Assembly (NCBI GenBank): GCA_963710755.1 | Contig: CAVQBK010000006.1 | Coordinates: forward strand, 144,977-208,976 | DNA: 64,000 bases | Direction of reading: 5' to 3' | DNA from: an uncultured bacterium | Lineage (GTDB): Bacteria; Oederibacteriota; JAAXVQ01; JAUVAV01 | Shown here: positions 51,749 through 61,934 of the stretch, in pieces | How the letters are laid out: each line of letters starts with the position of its first letter | How positions within the stretch are numbered: the first letter of the stretch is position 1 | Notes under the pieces: model-generated | What the model was told of the DNA's origin: nothing | The model's database searches: none | Seen by the model: only the letters and a program-made list of their open reading frames with translations | Translations under genes and position numbers: made by a program

Positions 51749-54166
51749 TTATTTAAGGCTGATGGTTTGGCGCACACCTTCCGTAAACATGACCACCTGG
51801 TCCTTGATCAAAATGGGCAAGGTGGACGGTGGCCGCAGGGATTTGGCCCGCCGTTTGTGCACCAACAGCGTGAGACTGTCCTGGGTGAGATTGATTTCCA
51901 GCCAGCGGTAATTATAGAGAATGAAAAAATCCACCTGTTTGAGAAATTCCGGCAATTGAGGGGCAAAACAAATCCTGTCTTCCAAGATACGCATGCCCCC
52001 AATAATTTGATAGAAAAGGCCGATGGACCCGCCCATGGCCCCCACATGGATGCCTTCTGCCGTGGTACCGCCCTGTACATCCTCAAAGTCCGCTTTCAGG
52101 CCTTGACGGAAAAATTCCAAGGCTGCTTCTTTTTCCCCCACCAAGTGCGCTACATGAGCATGGACCACAAAACTCAAAGTGGACCCATGACTGGTGCGCT
52201 CAAGGTAATATTCATAATTTTTCTTGAGGTATTCCTTTTTGAAGTTGTAACCCAGATTCTTAAAGAGCGTCACCACTTCGTCCAAAGGCAGCATGTAGAA
52301 GATCATGAGCACATCGGCCTGTTTGGAAACTTTATAATCGTCAGGTGACTGACCTTCTGATTTTAAAATTCTGTCCATCCGGTGAATATCCACGTACTTA
52401 TCGCGATACTCATCCCAATCCAGTTCCTTCAACTCCATGTAACCTTCAAACTGATGGATCAACCCGTCATCGTCCATGGGGATAAACATCTTATGGGTAA
52501 TATTTTCCCAACGGTTCAGTTCTTCATTGCTCAGTCCAATTTTGGTTTTCAAGGCCAAGGACTCCTGCTCTTCCATGCGTTTCAGCAGGTCCATGGCTTT
52601 GGTCAGCACCCAGACCACCATCACATTGGTATAGGCATTGTTGGACAAGCCTCCCTCTTCCTGACCGGGCAATTTTTCATGAAACTCATCCGGTCCCATA
52701 ACCCCATGGATCTCAAAGCGGTCCCGGCCGGGATTATAAACGGTAATACTATTCCAAAAACGGGCGATTTCCAGCACGACCTCGGCGCCGTAGCGGTCCA
52801 TGAAATCTTCGTCCAAGGTGATGCGGTAATAATTGATAATATTATAGGCAATAGCAATGGATACGTGCCGCTGCAGGGCGCTGAAATCTGGCCCCCACTC
52901 CTTGGACAAGGGATTGAGATGAAGAACCTGGCTTTCCTCATAACCGCTGCTGCCGCTTTGCCAGGGATACATGGCCCCTTCATACTGGTGCTGGTGAGCA
53001 TATTCACGGGCCGGATTAAGGCGACGGTAACGGTACATGAGCAGCCCGCGGGTGATCTCCGGGGCGTGCAGCGTGTAAAAAGGTAATGAATACAGTTCAT
53101 CCCAGAAAATGTGACCACGGTAGGCTTCTCCATGGAGACCGCGGGCCGGCAGCCCGGCATCATTGTCATCATTGTAGGTGGAAGCCGTCTGGAGCAGATG
53201 AAAAATATTGAAACGCAGCAACCGCTGCAAGTAAGGATCGCCTTGTACTTCAATGTCGAAATGTTTCCACAAAGCCTGCCATTTGGTCACATGGGGACTG
53301 TAAATATCCTGAAAGCGGTTGATTTTTTTAAGAGCTTCCTGGGCGGCCACCACGTTGTCCGTCACGCCCTGATCACGGGAAGTGTAAACACTCATCAACT
53401 TTTCCAGCACGACTTCCTGGCCTTGCTTAACCTCGAAGGTGAATTCCTGAAAGATTTTCTCCTTGCCTTGGGACACGGTCTTGCGTTCCACCGGCACCAG
53501 TTCATTTTGGCAGAAGAGATTGATCTTTATGGCTTCCGAAATTTCAATCCTTGATTGATTGGTACGCATCTGCAGATAAATGGCGCCGTCTTCAAAACTG
53601 CCGTAGGCCCTCGGCTCCAGATGTTTGGAGTTAAGCTGGCGATAGCGTTCCACATTGGCGTTGATGACCGAACCGTCAATGCCGCTGCGAAGGGTAAATT
53701 TGCCGCTGTAATTTTTAGGCACAATACTGTAGCGTTGGGCGCCATAGTGGGGATCAGCCATGCTGACAATGCGTTGGTTGACCAACTCGGTGATCTTGCC
53801 CTGGTCATCCTGCCAGCGCAGCACCCGCTTAAGAATACCTTTTTTCATATCCAATTCGCGGTTGTATTTGAGAATTTTTACTTTTTGCCGGTCAAACCAT
53901 TGCCCGCCGTTGATTTTATAGGTTTGAAAGAGCCAGTTGGGACAGTTGACCAAATCTTCATTGGTAACGGTCTTGCCGGCAATCAGCGTGTCCAGCTTGT
54001 TATAAACACCGGCTATATAGGTGCCCGGATAATGCACCTTGGAGCCTTTGGATTCGAGCATGGCCCCGCGGGTGCCGAAGTAGCCGTTGCCCAGGGTGAA
54101 CAAAGCTTCATAGATGCTTTCCTTGTCCAAATCCAATTGTCTAACTGATATTTTCCAGGTACTCAA
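51749..54166 (-). CDS. Glycoside hydrolase family 65 protein (trehalose/maltose phosphorylase-like)
   Basis: EALFTLGNGYFGTRG, ARGLHGEAYRGHIFWDE, VMGPDEFH, KQADVLM, HGSTLS; probable TTG start at 54166 after AGGGAGG. Confidence 0.93.
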   Translation of the reverse strand: MSTWKISVRQLDLDKESIYEALFTLGNGYFGTRGAMLESKGSKVHYPGTYIAGVYNKLDTLIAGKTVTNEDLVNCPNWLFQTYKINGGQWFDRQKVKILKYNRELDMKKGILKRVLRWQDDQGKITELVNQRIVSMADPHYGAQRYSIVPKNYSGKFTLRSGIDGSVINANVERYRQLNSKHLEPRAYGSFEDGAIYLQMRTNQSRIEISEAIKINLFCQNELVPVERKTVSQGKEKIFQEFTFEVKQGQEVVLEKLMSVYTSRDQGVTDNVVAAQEALKKINRFQDIYSPHVTKWQALWKHFDIEVQGDPYLQRLLRFNIFHLLQTASTYNDDNDAGLPARGLHGEAYRGHIFWDELYSLPFYTLHAPEITRGLLMYRYRRLNPAREYAHQHQYEGAMYPWQSGSSGYEESQVLHLNPLSKEWGPDFSALQRHVSIAIAYNIINYYRITLDEDFMDRYGAEVVLEIARFWNSITVYNPGRDRFEIHGVMGPDEFHEKLPGQEEGGLSNNAYTNVMVVWVLTKAMDLLKRMEEQESLALKTKIGLSNEELNRWENITHKMFIPMDDDGLIHQFEGYMELKELDWDEYRDKYVDIHRMDRILKSEGQSPDDYKVSKQADVLMIFYMLPLDEVVTLFKNLGYNFKKEYLKKNYEYYLERTSHGSTLSFVVHAHVAHLVGEKEAALEFFRQGLKADFEDVQGGTTAEGIHVGAMGGSIGLFYQIIGGMRILEDRICFAPQLPEFLKQVDFFILYNYRWLEINLTQDSLTLLVHKRRAKSLRPPSTLPILIKDQVVMFTEGVRQTISLK

Positions 54167-54399
54167 AACGGCCTCCCTTTGCATGTGGGGCGGACACTTT
54201 CCCAAAAACGTAACCCTATTAACAACCAACTCATGCTTGTGGTGAATAGTTCTTTAGTAATTCAATTGAACAAAGCCACGATGGACTGCATTATATTTCG
54301 GACAGCATTTCTTGATGAACGCCACACTTAGATAGGACTCCTTGACCGGGTCAGTTATTGTACCTTTTTTATTAAGCCATTGCAAGGTGTGGACTTATT

Positions 54400-55644
54400 T
54401 TATGATAGTTTCATTTCATCCAATGCCTGCAGCCGTTTCACGACCGGCGGGTGGGAATAGTGCACCGCTGCATACCAGGGATGAGGGTGGAGATTGGATA
54501 AATTGTCCTTGGAAAGTTTGACGAGCGCCGAGCGCAAGGCGTCTGCATCCCCGCAGAGCTGCACGGCCATAGCATCGGCCTGGCGTTCATGGCCGCGGGA
54601 AAACCAGTTTGCCAGCGGTTGCAGCGGTGCCATGATCAGGCCGCCCAGAAAAATCAAAAGCAGCATTTTAACCATTAGGGAATCATGGCTGAGATGGAAC
54701 CACTGCGGCAGCAACGCTGAGCGCACCAACATAAAAGCCACGTAGGCTGAAATCAAGGCCACTATTTCCGTGACCACCAGCCGTTTGACCACATGTTTCT
54801 TTTTCCAATGCCCCAGTTCATGGGCCAGCACGGCCACTATCTCATCCTCACTCATTTGGGCCAGCAGCGTATCAAAGAGCACAATCCGTTTGACCTTGCC
54901 GATGCCTGTAAAATAAGCGTTGCTGTGGCGGCTGCGCTTGGAGGCATCCATCTTGAAGATGCGGCTGACATGCACACCTGCTTTTTGTGCCATCTGCTTG
55001 ATGCGTTCCGCCAGGGGTCCTTCCTCTAAAGGCGTGTATTTATTAAATAAGGGTTCAAGCACATAAGGCGTGATGATCATGAGCAACAGGCTGAAGACCA
55101 GAAAAAAGCCCCATACCACCAGCCACCAAAAATTCGGGAAAATTTGAATCAACCAAAAGCTGATTGCAATGAGCACGCCCAGCAGCAATGTGGACAATAC
55201 CAGGGATTTGAACAAATCCGCCAACCACAAGCCCGTGGTGGTGGTATTGAAACCAAACTTTTTTTCCAACTTAAAGGTTTGTATCAAACCGAAGGGCAAA
55301 TTAAGGATGGTCTGAGCATAAACCAGCAGCAGAAAGAAAACCAGCGCACCTACGATATAGGACAGATGCAGCCCCAGCACCCAATTATGGTAGCGGTTCA
55401 GCCAATCTCCGAAAAAGAACCATAACACCACCACCTGTCCGGTCAAGGACGACCAAAAAGCCAGCCTGGCTTTATCCCGGGTGTAGGCACTGGTCTGCCG
55501 CAGCAGGTCCTGGTTGATCACCCCCTGAAAAGGTCCTGGCACTTGGTCACCTTTCTGTTGCAAATGCCTGATGTTGAGCCAATCAAGGCCGTGTTCCAGA
55601 AGAATGATTAGGATATAAGCACCCAGGATAATGGTCTTGGCCAT
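54400..55644 (-). CDS. M48 family (Ste24p-like) membrane zinc metalloprotease
   Basis: DASKRSRHSNAYFTG, AHELGH (HExxH), ERQAD, YSHPP. Confidence 0.94.
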   Translation of the reverse strand: MAKTIILGAYILIILLEHGLDWLNIRHLQQKGDQVPGPFQGVINQDLLRQTSAYTRDKARLAFWSSLTGQVVVLWFFFGDWLNRYHNWVLGLHLSYIVGALVFFLLLVYAQTILNLPFGLIQTFKLEKKFGFNTTTTGLWLADLFKSLVLSTLLLGVLIAISFWLIQIFPNFWWLVVWGFFLVFSLLLMIITPYVLEPLFNKYTPLEEGPLAERIKQMAQKAGVHVSRIFKMDASKRSRHSNAYFTGIGKVKRIVLFDTLLAQMSEDEIVAVLAHELGHWKKKHVVKRLVVTEIVALISAYVAFMLVRSALLPQWFHLSHDSLMVKMLLLIFLGGLIMAPLQPLANWFSRGHERQADAMAVQLCGDADALRSALVKLSKDNLSNLHPHPWYAAVHYSHPPVVKRLQALDEMKLS

Positions 55645-55868
55645 TTATGCTTTCCTTTCTTGTTTATTTCGCGAAAAATATTTCAATTTTAAAAACAGCA
55701 CTATCTTTTTACAGATGTTGTCACAATCGCATCAAACTATCGCCACCCCTCCTATATCGAAATACTGTAAGAGAGGCTTTGGGTATTATTCAACAGGTCT
55801 AGGAATGGTGGTACCGTCTGCTTTTCCGGTATGATAGTCAAAAACGCGTGCCGCTTTTGCAGCGCGGC

Positions 55869-58313
55869 TTATGACCCCGACTCGTATTCCACTTTAAGCC
55901 AGCGTCCCAACCGTTCAAAAGAAGTCAACCATTTTTGCGCGGTTTGGTTCTTGTCCAGGCTGGCCCGTTTGAATTGCAAATAATATTGTTTGAGCAAGGC
56001 ATAATAAATATTCTGCGCTTCCCACATATCCAATTCCAGATTCAACTCGCCCAGTAATTCCAGGGCGCCTTCCACCCGTTTAAGCAGTTTGATATCGGTG
56101 ACTTGTTTCTGGAATCCTTCCATCATTTGGTGCACAGCCTTGCTGGCCACATAATTGAGGGTGGTCTTGTCGCGCCGGAAATCCCATTTTTTCATTTCAT
56201 GCACCTGATGACGCAGCTGCTCCAGTTCGAAGGCCTCATTTTCTAAAATGGCGGCAAAGTCTGTATTGAGTACGAATTCCACGGTGGTCGACAAAATAGT
56301 GGGCAACGGCACCTTGGATTTGCTCATCAACCGGATAATGGGATAATGATGCTGGTAAATGCGCCGGTAATAGGCCTCGGTTTCATCCATGGCCGAATTG
56401 AGGATGTAATTGAAAATACGGCGCTGCTCATCCTTAAACAAATGCCACAGCGAATAATTGTGGTCTCCGCAATGCTCCACCATGAGCTGCATGCTGCCCG
56501 GGATGTCCCCTTTTTCAAAAGCCTGATCGATCTCTTTTTTCATAAGCTCAAAAGCTTCGTCACTGATAAAGCTCCGCACCCCGCCGGCCAGGTAATGGCC
56601 GCCCATGTGCAGCACCACATAGACCAGATCCACATCATCCAGGGTAATCAGAGAGCGGACATTGATCTTGCCGATAGCCAGCTTTTCCTCGCCCCGTTGG
56701 CGGTGGATGTGATTTTCCGGCATCGCCTGATAACAATAAAGGTCCTGTTCCTGCGATAAGGTGTTGTCAAAGAGTCCGGTAATAGCGCAATCCGCGCCCA
56801 CCTTGGCCAGATCGGTGACATTGGGCTTAACCGATTCCTCCCACACCCCTACTCCGTTGCCATAGTCCAAAATATTGCTGGGCGCTTTTTCCAGGAGCTC
56901 CAGAAAAGGGCCTTCCAGATCGATCTCAAATAGTTCATGGGCCAACTGAATTACCCGGGCAGCATACTGCAATACCTGTACGGTTTCAATACCGGAGAGT
57001 TCGTCAAAAAACCAGCCGCAACTGGTATACATAAGCATGGCATGGCGCTGCACTTCCAGCATTTTTAAAAGCCGGGTTTTATCTTTGGCCATGACCACCT
57101 GGGGAAAATGCTGGGTAAGAAAATGGTTCAGCGTCTTTTCCGACCGGTCCAGCACCACGTCGATGTAATGATTACGAACCATCCAGGGGTCATCAATGTA
57201 GGTGCTCATGGTTTTTTCATACCAGGGATTGATGTCATCGCGCAAAAAATCAAGGGCTTCCCGCAGGGGGGCGCGCCATTTTTGTGACCAGCCGGCGGGC
57301 TGCATGCCTGAATTGCACCCGCAATCACTACGCCAGCGCTCCACGCCATGGAAACAACTCCAACTGGTATTCTCAAAGAGCTTGACTTCGTCTTCGGGCG
57401 GAAATTTCTCCATATATTCACCGTAGATGGTGATATGGGCCAGCTGATTATCCTCAATGTAATCGAGACAGTAAGCCAGGGCCATCTCGCCATAGCGGTG
57501 ATGGTGACCATAGGTCTCACCATCCGTGGCAATGTGCACCAGTTGGGCGGGCGTGCGGTGGTCCTCAGTGAAGGGCTGCATCAAACGGCCGGCAAAAGCT
57601 TCGCCGCTGTTAAGCACACCACTGAAGGCCACATCCCGGGCAATGGGGCCGTCATAAAAAAAGATTACAATGGACAGGCCATTGGGCAGTTGGCAAAGAT
57701 AGGGCTTGCGGGGATCAATCTTGCTGCCTGTCACATCATGCCAGGTCTTATCCCCTATCTTTTTGGCTTTGTGCGCCTGATGGCTGTCGAGAATAGTGAA
57801 CTTAATCTGGTGCTCGGCCAGCAATTCCAAAGTTTCCAGGTCCACTGCCGTCTCCGCCAGCCACATGCCTTCCGGCGGACGCTGGAAGCGGTGTTCAAAA
57901 TCCCGGATACCCCAAATGATCTGGGTCTCTTTGTCCCGTCGGTTGGCCAGGGGCATAATGATGTGGTTGTAAACCTGGGCAATGGCCGAGCCATGGCCGG
58001 AAAAGCGGTCCCGGCTTAATCGATCGGCTTCCAGAATCTGCTGATACACTTGTGGTTGATGCCGCTCCATCCAGGAAAGCAACGTGGGACCAAAATTGAA
58101 GCTGATTTTGGCGTAATTGTTGACAATATTGTCGATGCGCCCTTTTTTATTCAGAATACGGGCACTGGTGTTGGGGCCGTAGCATTCCAAAGTGATGCGT
58201 TCATTCCAGTCATGATAAGGATAAGCCGACTCCTGCATTTCCACTTCCTCCAGCCAGGGATTTTCCCGGGGAGGCTGGTAGAAATGACCATGTACACAAA
58301 TAAATTTTTCCAT
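55869..58313 (-). CDS. Glycoside hydrolase family 57 / DUF3536 protein
   Basis: HGHFYQPPRENPW, SFNFGPTL, GMWLAETAVD, ATDGETYGHH, MYTSCGWFFD. Confidence 0.93.
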   Translation of the reverse strand: MEKFICVHGHFYQPPRENPWLEEVEMQESAYPYHDWNERITLECYGPNTSARILNKKGRIDNIVNNYAKISFNFGPTLLSWMERHQPQVYQQILEADRLSRDRFSGHGSAIAQVYNHIIMPLANRRDKETQIIWGIRDFEHRFQRPPEGMWLAETAVDLETLELLAEHQIKFTILDSHQAHKAKKIGDKTWHDVTGSKIDPRKPYLCQLPNGLSIVIFFYDGPIARDVAFSGVLNSGEAFAGRLMQPFTEDHRTPAQLVHIATDGETYGHHHRYGEMALAYCLDYIEDNQLAHITIYGEYMEKFPPEDEVKLFENTSWSCFHGVERWRSDCGCNSGMQPAGWSQKWRAPLREALDFLRDDINPWYEKTMSTYIDDPWMVRNHYIDVVLDRSEKTLNHFLTQHFPQVVMAKDKTRLLKMLEVQRHAMLMYTSCGWFFDELSGIETVQVLQYAARVIQLAHELFEIDLEGPFLELLEKAPSNILDYGNGVGVWEESVKPNVTDLAKVGADCAITGLFDNTLSQEQDLYCYQAMPENHIHRQRGEEKLAIGKINVRSLITLDDVDLVYVVLHMGGHYLAGGVRSFISDEAFELMKKEIDQAFEKGDIPGSMQLMVEHCGDHNYSLWHLFKDEQRRIFNYILNSAMDETEAYYRRIYQHHYPIIRLMSKSKVPLPTILSTTVEFVLNTDFAAILENEAFELEQLRHQVHEMKKWDFRRDKTTLNYVASKAVHQMMEGFQKQVTDIKLLKRVEGALELLGELNLELDMWEAQNIYYALLKQYYLQFKRASLDKNQTAQKWLTSFERLGRWLKVEYESGS

Positions 58314-60142
58314 TAAGGGTGCTCCCTTTTGGTATAGACAGTGACCGAGGCACCGGGCCAGGTTACCTCCCGGCCGGCCTCCAACATGCCGGGCAGCACG
58401 ATTTGACTGCCGCCAAATTCAGACGCATTGCTGTCCAATAGTTTTTCCCATCTGCCCCGCGGCCAGGGTGCCGCCCAGGCCACATCGCTGACACCGGCGT
58501 TTAGGACCATGGCCAGTGTTCCTGCCGGGCCCTGCTGGACAACGCTGATTAGAGGTGCCTCAGGGCAAGCCTGCACTTGGCGGTCATGCAAATTTTTAAG
58601 TTCCTGTAATCTATACTGTTTCCTCAGAGAAATCAATTGCTTATAAAACTGAAACAACCCCTGATGCCCGGTTTGGGTCAATTTGGACCAATCCAGCTTG
58701 GAGGCTGCAAAGGTCTCCTGGTCATAAGGATCGGGTGGTTCGCCATTCCAATTGAATGCCATAAATTCCCGGCGGCGCCCATCCCTGACCGCCTGGCGCA
58801 GCCAGGGGCTTTGATGATCCACAAAATACAAAAAGGGATTGGTCTCACCATACTCTTCCCCCATGAAAAGCAAGGGTAAAAAAGGCGAAAGCAGCGTCAC
58901 CGCAGCCAATACATGGAGCCAGGGCCAAGCCACCAGTTTGCTCAGGCGCTCGCCTTGCACGCGGTTGCCCACCAGATCATGGTTCTGGCTATAAATCACC
59001 AACTCCTGCGGGTTCAGGGGATGCGTAAAATCACCAAGTGCTTTCTGACGATAATGGCAAAATTGCCCCTGAAACCAAAATCCCTGGGTTAAGGTGACCA
59101 CGACCTGGTCCCAGGCACCGAAATCCTGGTAGTAACCGGTTTTTTCTTGGGTCAAATAAGCATGCCAGGCATGATGATGATCATCGCACCAGGCAGCGCC
59201 CAGGCCCCAGCCCCCGGCCTGCCTGGACCTGGTGATGATAGCCGCATTGAGATCACTTTCAGCGATCACATGCACCCGCCGGTGGTGGTCAATGGCAAAC
59301 CGGGTCAATACATCGTCCATTTCCGCTAAGATAGGATAATCACTTTGATCAAAAATGGCCTGTACCGCATCGAGGCGCAAGGCATCCACATGAAAGTGAC
59401 GCGCCCAATAGAGCGCGTTCTCTTTGACCAGGTTCCTGGCCCCCTGCGCATCTTGGTCGTCGAAATTAACCGCTTTGCCCCAATAGGAAGGATATTTGGC
59501 AGTGAAATAAGGGCCGAAGGCTTCGAGAATATTGCCTTCCGGGCCAAAATGATTATAGATCACATCCAGAATGACCGCCAGACCATGCTGGTGACAGGCA
59601 TTGATAAAGGTTTTCAGACCTTGCGGGCCCCCGTAATCTTGGTGCACAGCAAAAGGAAAAACCGCGTCATAGCCCCAGTTATAGCGGCCGGAAAAGGCGG
59701 CCACAGGCATTAGTTCAATGGCCGTGATGCCCAAATCTTTGAGATAAGGAAGGTTGGTTAAGGCGCTCTGAAAAGTGCCTTGGGCGGAGAATGTCCCTAT
59801 ATGGCATTCGTAAATAATATAATCTTTAAGAGGAGGATTACACCAGGCCTGATCCGTCCAGGCAAAGTCATGATCCACTACAGCTGATGGTCCGAAGACC
59901 CCTTGCGGTTGCCAGGCTGAGGCCGGGTCCGGATAGGTTTCCTGACCATCAAGCACCAGCTCATAAAGCGCACCCGGCTTGACAGGACTTATTTCACCAG
60001 ACCAATAGCCCCGGTCATCCCTGGTCAAAGGCCATAGGCGGCCCGGTGATTCTAAAAGCCGGACCGCCGTCTGCTTACGGTAAGGGGCCCATACCCTAAA
60101 TAAGCATCGATCTTGGCCAAGGTAGGTTGCTCCTAATGTCAT
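58313..60142 (-). CDS. treZ: Malto-oligosyltrehalose trehalohydrolase (GH13)
   Basis: FRVWAP, NWGYDAV, DVIYNHFGPEGN, LRLDAV, QNHDLVGNR; TAATG coupling to the GH57 gene. Confidence 0.92.
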   Translation of the reverse strand: MTLGATYLGQDRCLFRVWAPYRKQTAVRLLESPGRLWPLTRDDRGYWSGEISPVKPGALYELVLDGQETYPDPASAWQPQGVFGPSAVVDHDFAWTDQAWCNPPLKDYIIYECHIGTFSAQGTFQSALTNLPYLKDLGITAIELMPVAAFSGRYNWGYDAVFPFAVHQDYGGPQGLKTFINACHQHGLAVILDVIYNHFGPEGNILEAFGPYFTAKYPSYWGKAVNFDDQDAQGARNLVKENALYWARHFHVDALRLDAVQAIFDQSDYPILAEMDDVLTRFAIDHHRRVHVIAESDLNAAIITRSRQAGGWGLGAAWCDDHHHAWHAYLTQEKTGYYQDFGAWDQVVVTLTQGFWFQGQFCHYRQKALGDFTHPLNPQELVIYSQNHDLVGNRVQGERLSKLVAWPWLHVLAAVTLLSPFLPLLFMGEEYGETNPFLYFVDHQSPWLRQAVRDGRRREFMAFNWNGEPPDPYDQETFAASKLDWSKLTQTGHQGLFQFYKQLISLRKQYRLQELKNLHDRQVQACPEAPLISVVQQGPAGTLAMVLNAGVSDVAWAAPWPRGRWEKLLDSNASEFGGSQIVLPGMLEAGREVTWPGASVTVYTKREHP

Positions 60143-60194
60143 TCAATCTCCTGGATACTAAGATTCGTAAAAGTGGTAACGCGCTGTAGTACCC

Positions 60195-60704
60195 TTAATT
60201 GGCCGGTGCTGGTGCAGGCTGACGTTTGGCCATTTCTTGATCGAGCATAAACAAGCCGCCCGGGGAGTCTTTGGCCATTTTGAGCCGTTCTACCACGGCC
60301 TTGGCATTGGCTTCTTCCTCCACCTGTTCATTGATAAACCATTGAATATGAATCTGGGCAGCATGGTCTTTTTCCTGTTTGGCTTTTTCCATAAAGTCGT
60401 TGTATATGGCCGTGATTTTTTCTTCATGGGCCAAAGCTTGCTCAAATACAGCCAGCACGGAGGGCCAATCATTGGGCACAGCGGCAATGGCCTGGAACTG
60501 CACCGTACCGCCCCGTTCCAGTACATAGTGATAATTTTTCATGGCATGCATCATTTCTTCCCCTGCCTGCAGGGTCATCCAATTGGTGAACCCCGGCAGA
60601 TTCTTGCTTTCAAAATAAGCGGCCATGGCCATGTATAAATACCATGAATATAATTCATCATTAATGCGCTGGTTCAATTCCGTCTCCAACAATGCTTTCA
60701 ACAT
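60195..60704 (-). CDS. ftn: Non-haem ferritin
   Basis: INDELYS..LY..MA, EEMMHAMK, QWFINEQVEEE ferroxidase residues; ATG 60704 with AAGGAG. Confidence 0.92.
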   Translation of the reverse strand: MLKALLETELNQRINDELYSWYLYMAMAAYFESKNLPGFTNWMTLQAGEEMMHAMKNYHYVLERGGTVQFQAIAAVPNDWPSVLAVFEQALAHEEKITAIYNDFMEKAKQEKDHAAQIHIQWFINEQVEEEANAKAVVERLKMAKDSPGGLFMLDQEMAKRQPAPAPAN

Positions 60705-60910
60705 GCGATCATCTCCTTTAATCAAAGTGAAATCAACGTTCCGGATACCTATTATGGCTAAGCTGCCTTTAAATTCAAGTGAAAAGAATGCTACTCCTCC
60801 ATCGCCCACATTGCCATTGCATCCGGACTTTGTTTGCTATATAGTCATGCTGCGGCCCGCAACCGGACCTTGCTTTCAAGGTGGATCTTTTTTCAAGGCG
60901 GATATTATTT

Positions 60911-61501
60911 ATGAGTAATCAGTCGCAGGATCATCAGGAATTGTTAGATCCCCAGATCTGGGTGGACCGCTATGGCGATCTGCTGTACCGCTATGCCCTG
61001 TTGCGCTTGCGTGATAAAACCGCGGCAGAAGATATTGTACAGGAAACCTTTCTCGGCGCCCTTCGCAACCAAAACACTTATAACCGCCAATCCACCATCC
61101 AAAACTGGCTGTTTGGCATTCTCAAGCATAAAATTATCGATCATTTCCGTCATCTGAGCCGTGAAAAACCCAGCGAAGATCCGGAGCTGGATGCCCAACT
61201 GCAGGCTTCGGGGTTTGATGACAAAGGCCAATGGCTTCAGGGTCCGGCCCCATGGCACTGGAATCCGTCGCAAGCCCTGGAAGAGCAGGAATTTCGAGGT
61301 GTTTTTGAAAATTGCCTTCAGGCCCTGCCCCAGCGTACGGCCGAGGCTTTCCTTTTACGGGAAATGGACGGTCTTAAAGGTGAAGAGATCTGTCAGGTTT
61401 TGAAGATTAGTCCGAATAATTATTGGGTAATGCTCTACCGGGCCAGGACACAGCTGCGGTCCTGTCTGGAAACTAAATGGTTGGGAAAGGTTCAAGGATG
61501 A
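60911..61501 (+). CDS. ECF RNA polymerase sigma-70 factor
   Basis: AEDIVQETFL, WLFGILKHKIID, region 4 REMDGL...EIC...VMLYRAR; probable ATG 60911. Confidence 0.93.
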   Translation: MSNQSQDHQELLDPQIWVDRYGDLLYRYALLRLRDKTAAEDIVQETFLGALRNQNTYNRQSTIQNWLFGILKHKIIDHFRHLSREKPSEDPELDAQLQASGFDDKGQWLQGPAPWHWNPSQALEEQEFRGVFENCLQALPQRTAEAFLLREMDGLKGEEICQVLKISPNNYWVMLYRARTQLRSCLETKWLGKVQG

Positions 61502-61758
61502 TGATCAGTTGCCAAAAAGCCTCACAATTACAGTCGTTGGCCATGGATCGCCATCTGGCCATAAAAGACCGGTTGGCGCTGATCTACCATCATTGGATGT
61601 GTACCAGCTGCCGCCGCTTTGGCAGGCAGCTCAATTGGATGCGCAAGGCTCTGCGGCAGGAACCACTGACCTTCCTGGATACTGGGCGTGGCGAGGGGTT
61701 GTCGGAAGCAAGAAAAAAAGCGATAAAAAGTAAGCTCCATCAGGACCTTACTCATTAG
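61498..61758 (+). CDS. Zinc-finger (zf-HC2) anti-sigma factor
   Basis: SCQKAS...HHWMCTSCRRF (HxxxCxxC); ATGA overlap with the sigma gene. Confidence 0.88.
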   Translation: MMISCQKASQLQSLAMDRHLAIKDRLALIYHHWMCTSCRRFGRQLNWMRKALRQEPLTFLDTGRGEGLSEARKKAIKSKLHQDLTH

Positions 61759-61859
61759 ATGATAGGCCACAAATTATTTAATTCCTCTTTTGATTTTTCG
61801 CTTGATTTTTTTTAAAAAAACCCTATATTGGTTTCTCGGTTTACTTGATTTGACACCAT

Positions 61860-61934
61860 TCCTCGGTAGCTCAATGGTGGAGCGAGCGGCTGTTAACCGC
61901 TAGGTTGCTGGTTCGAGTCCAGCCCGGGGAGCCA
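61860..61934 (+). tRNA. tRNA-Asn (GTT)
   Basis: TCCTCGG/CCGGGGA acceptor stem, D arm, GCGG-CTGTTAA-CCGC anticodon arm, GGTTCGAGTCC T loop, encoded CCA. Confidence 0.96.
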
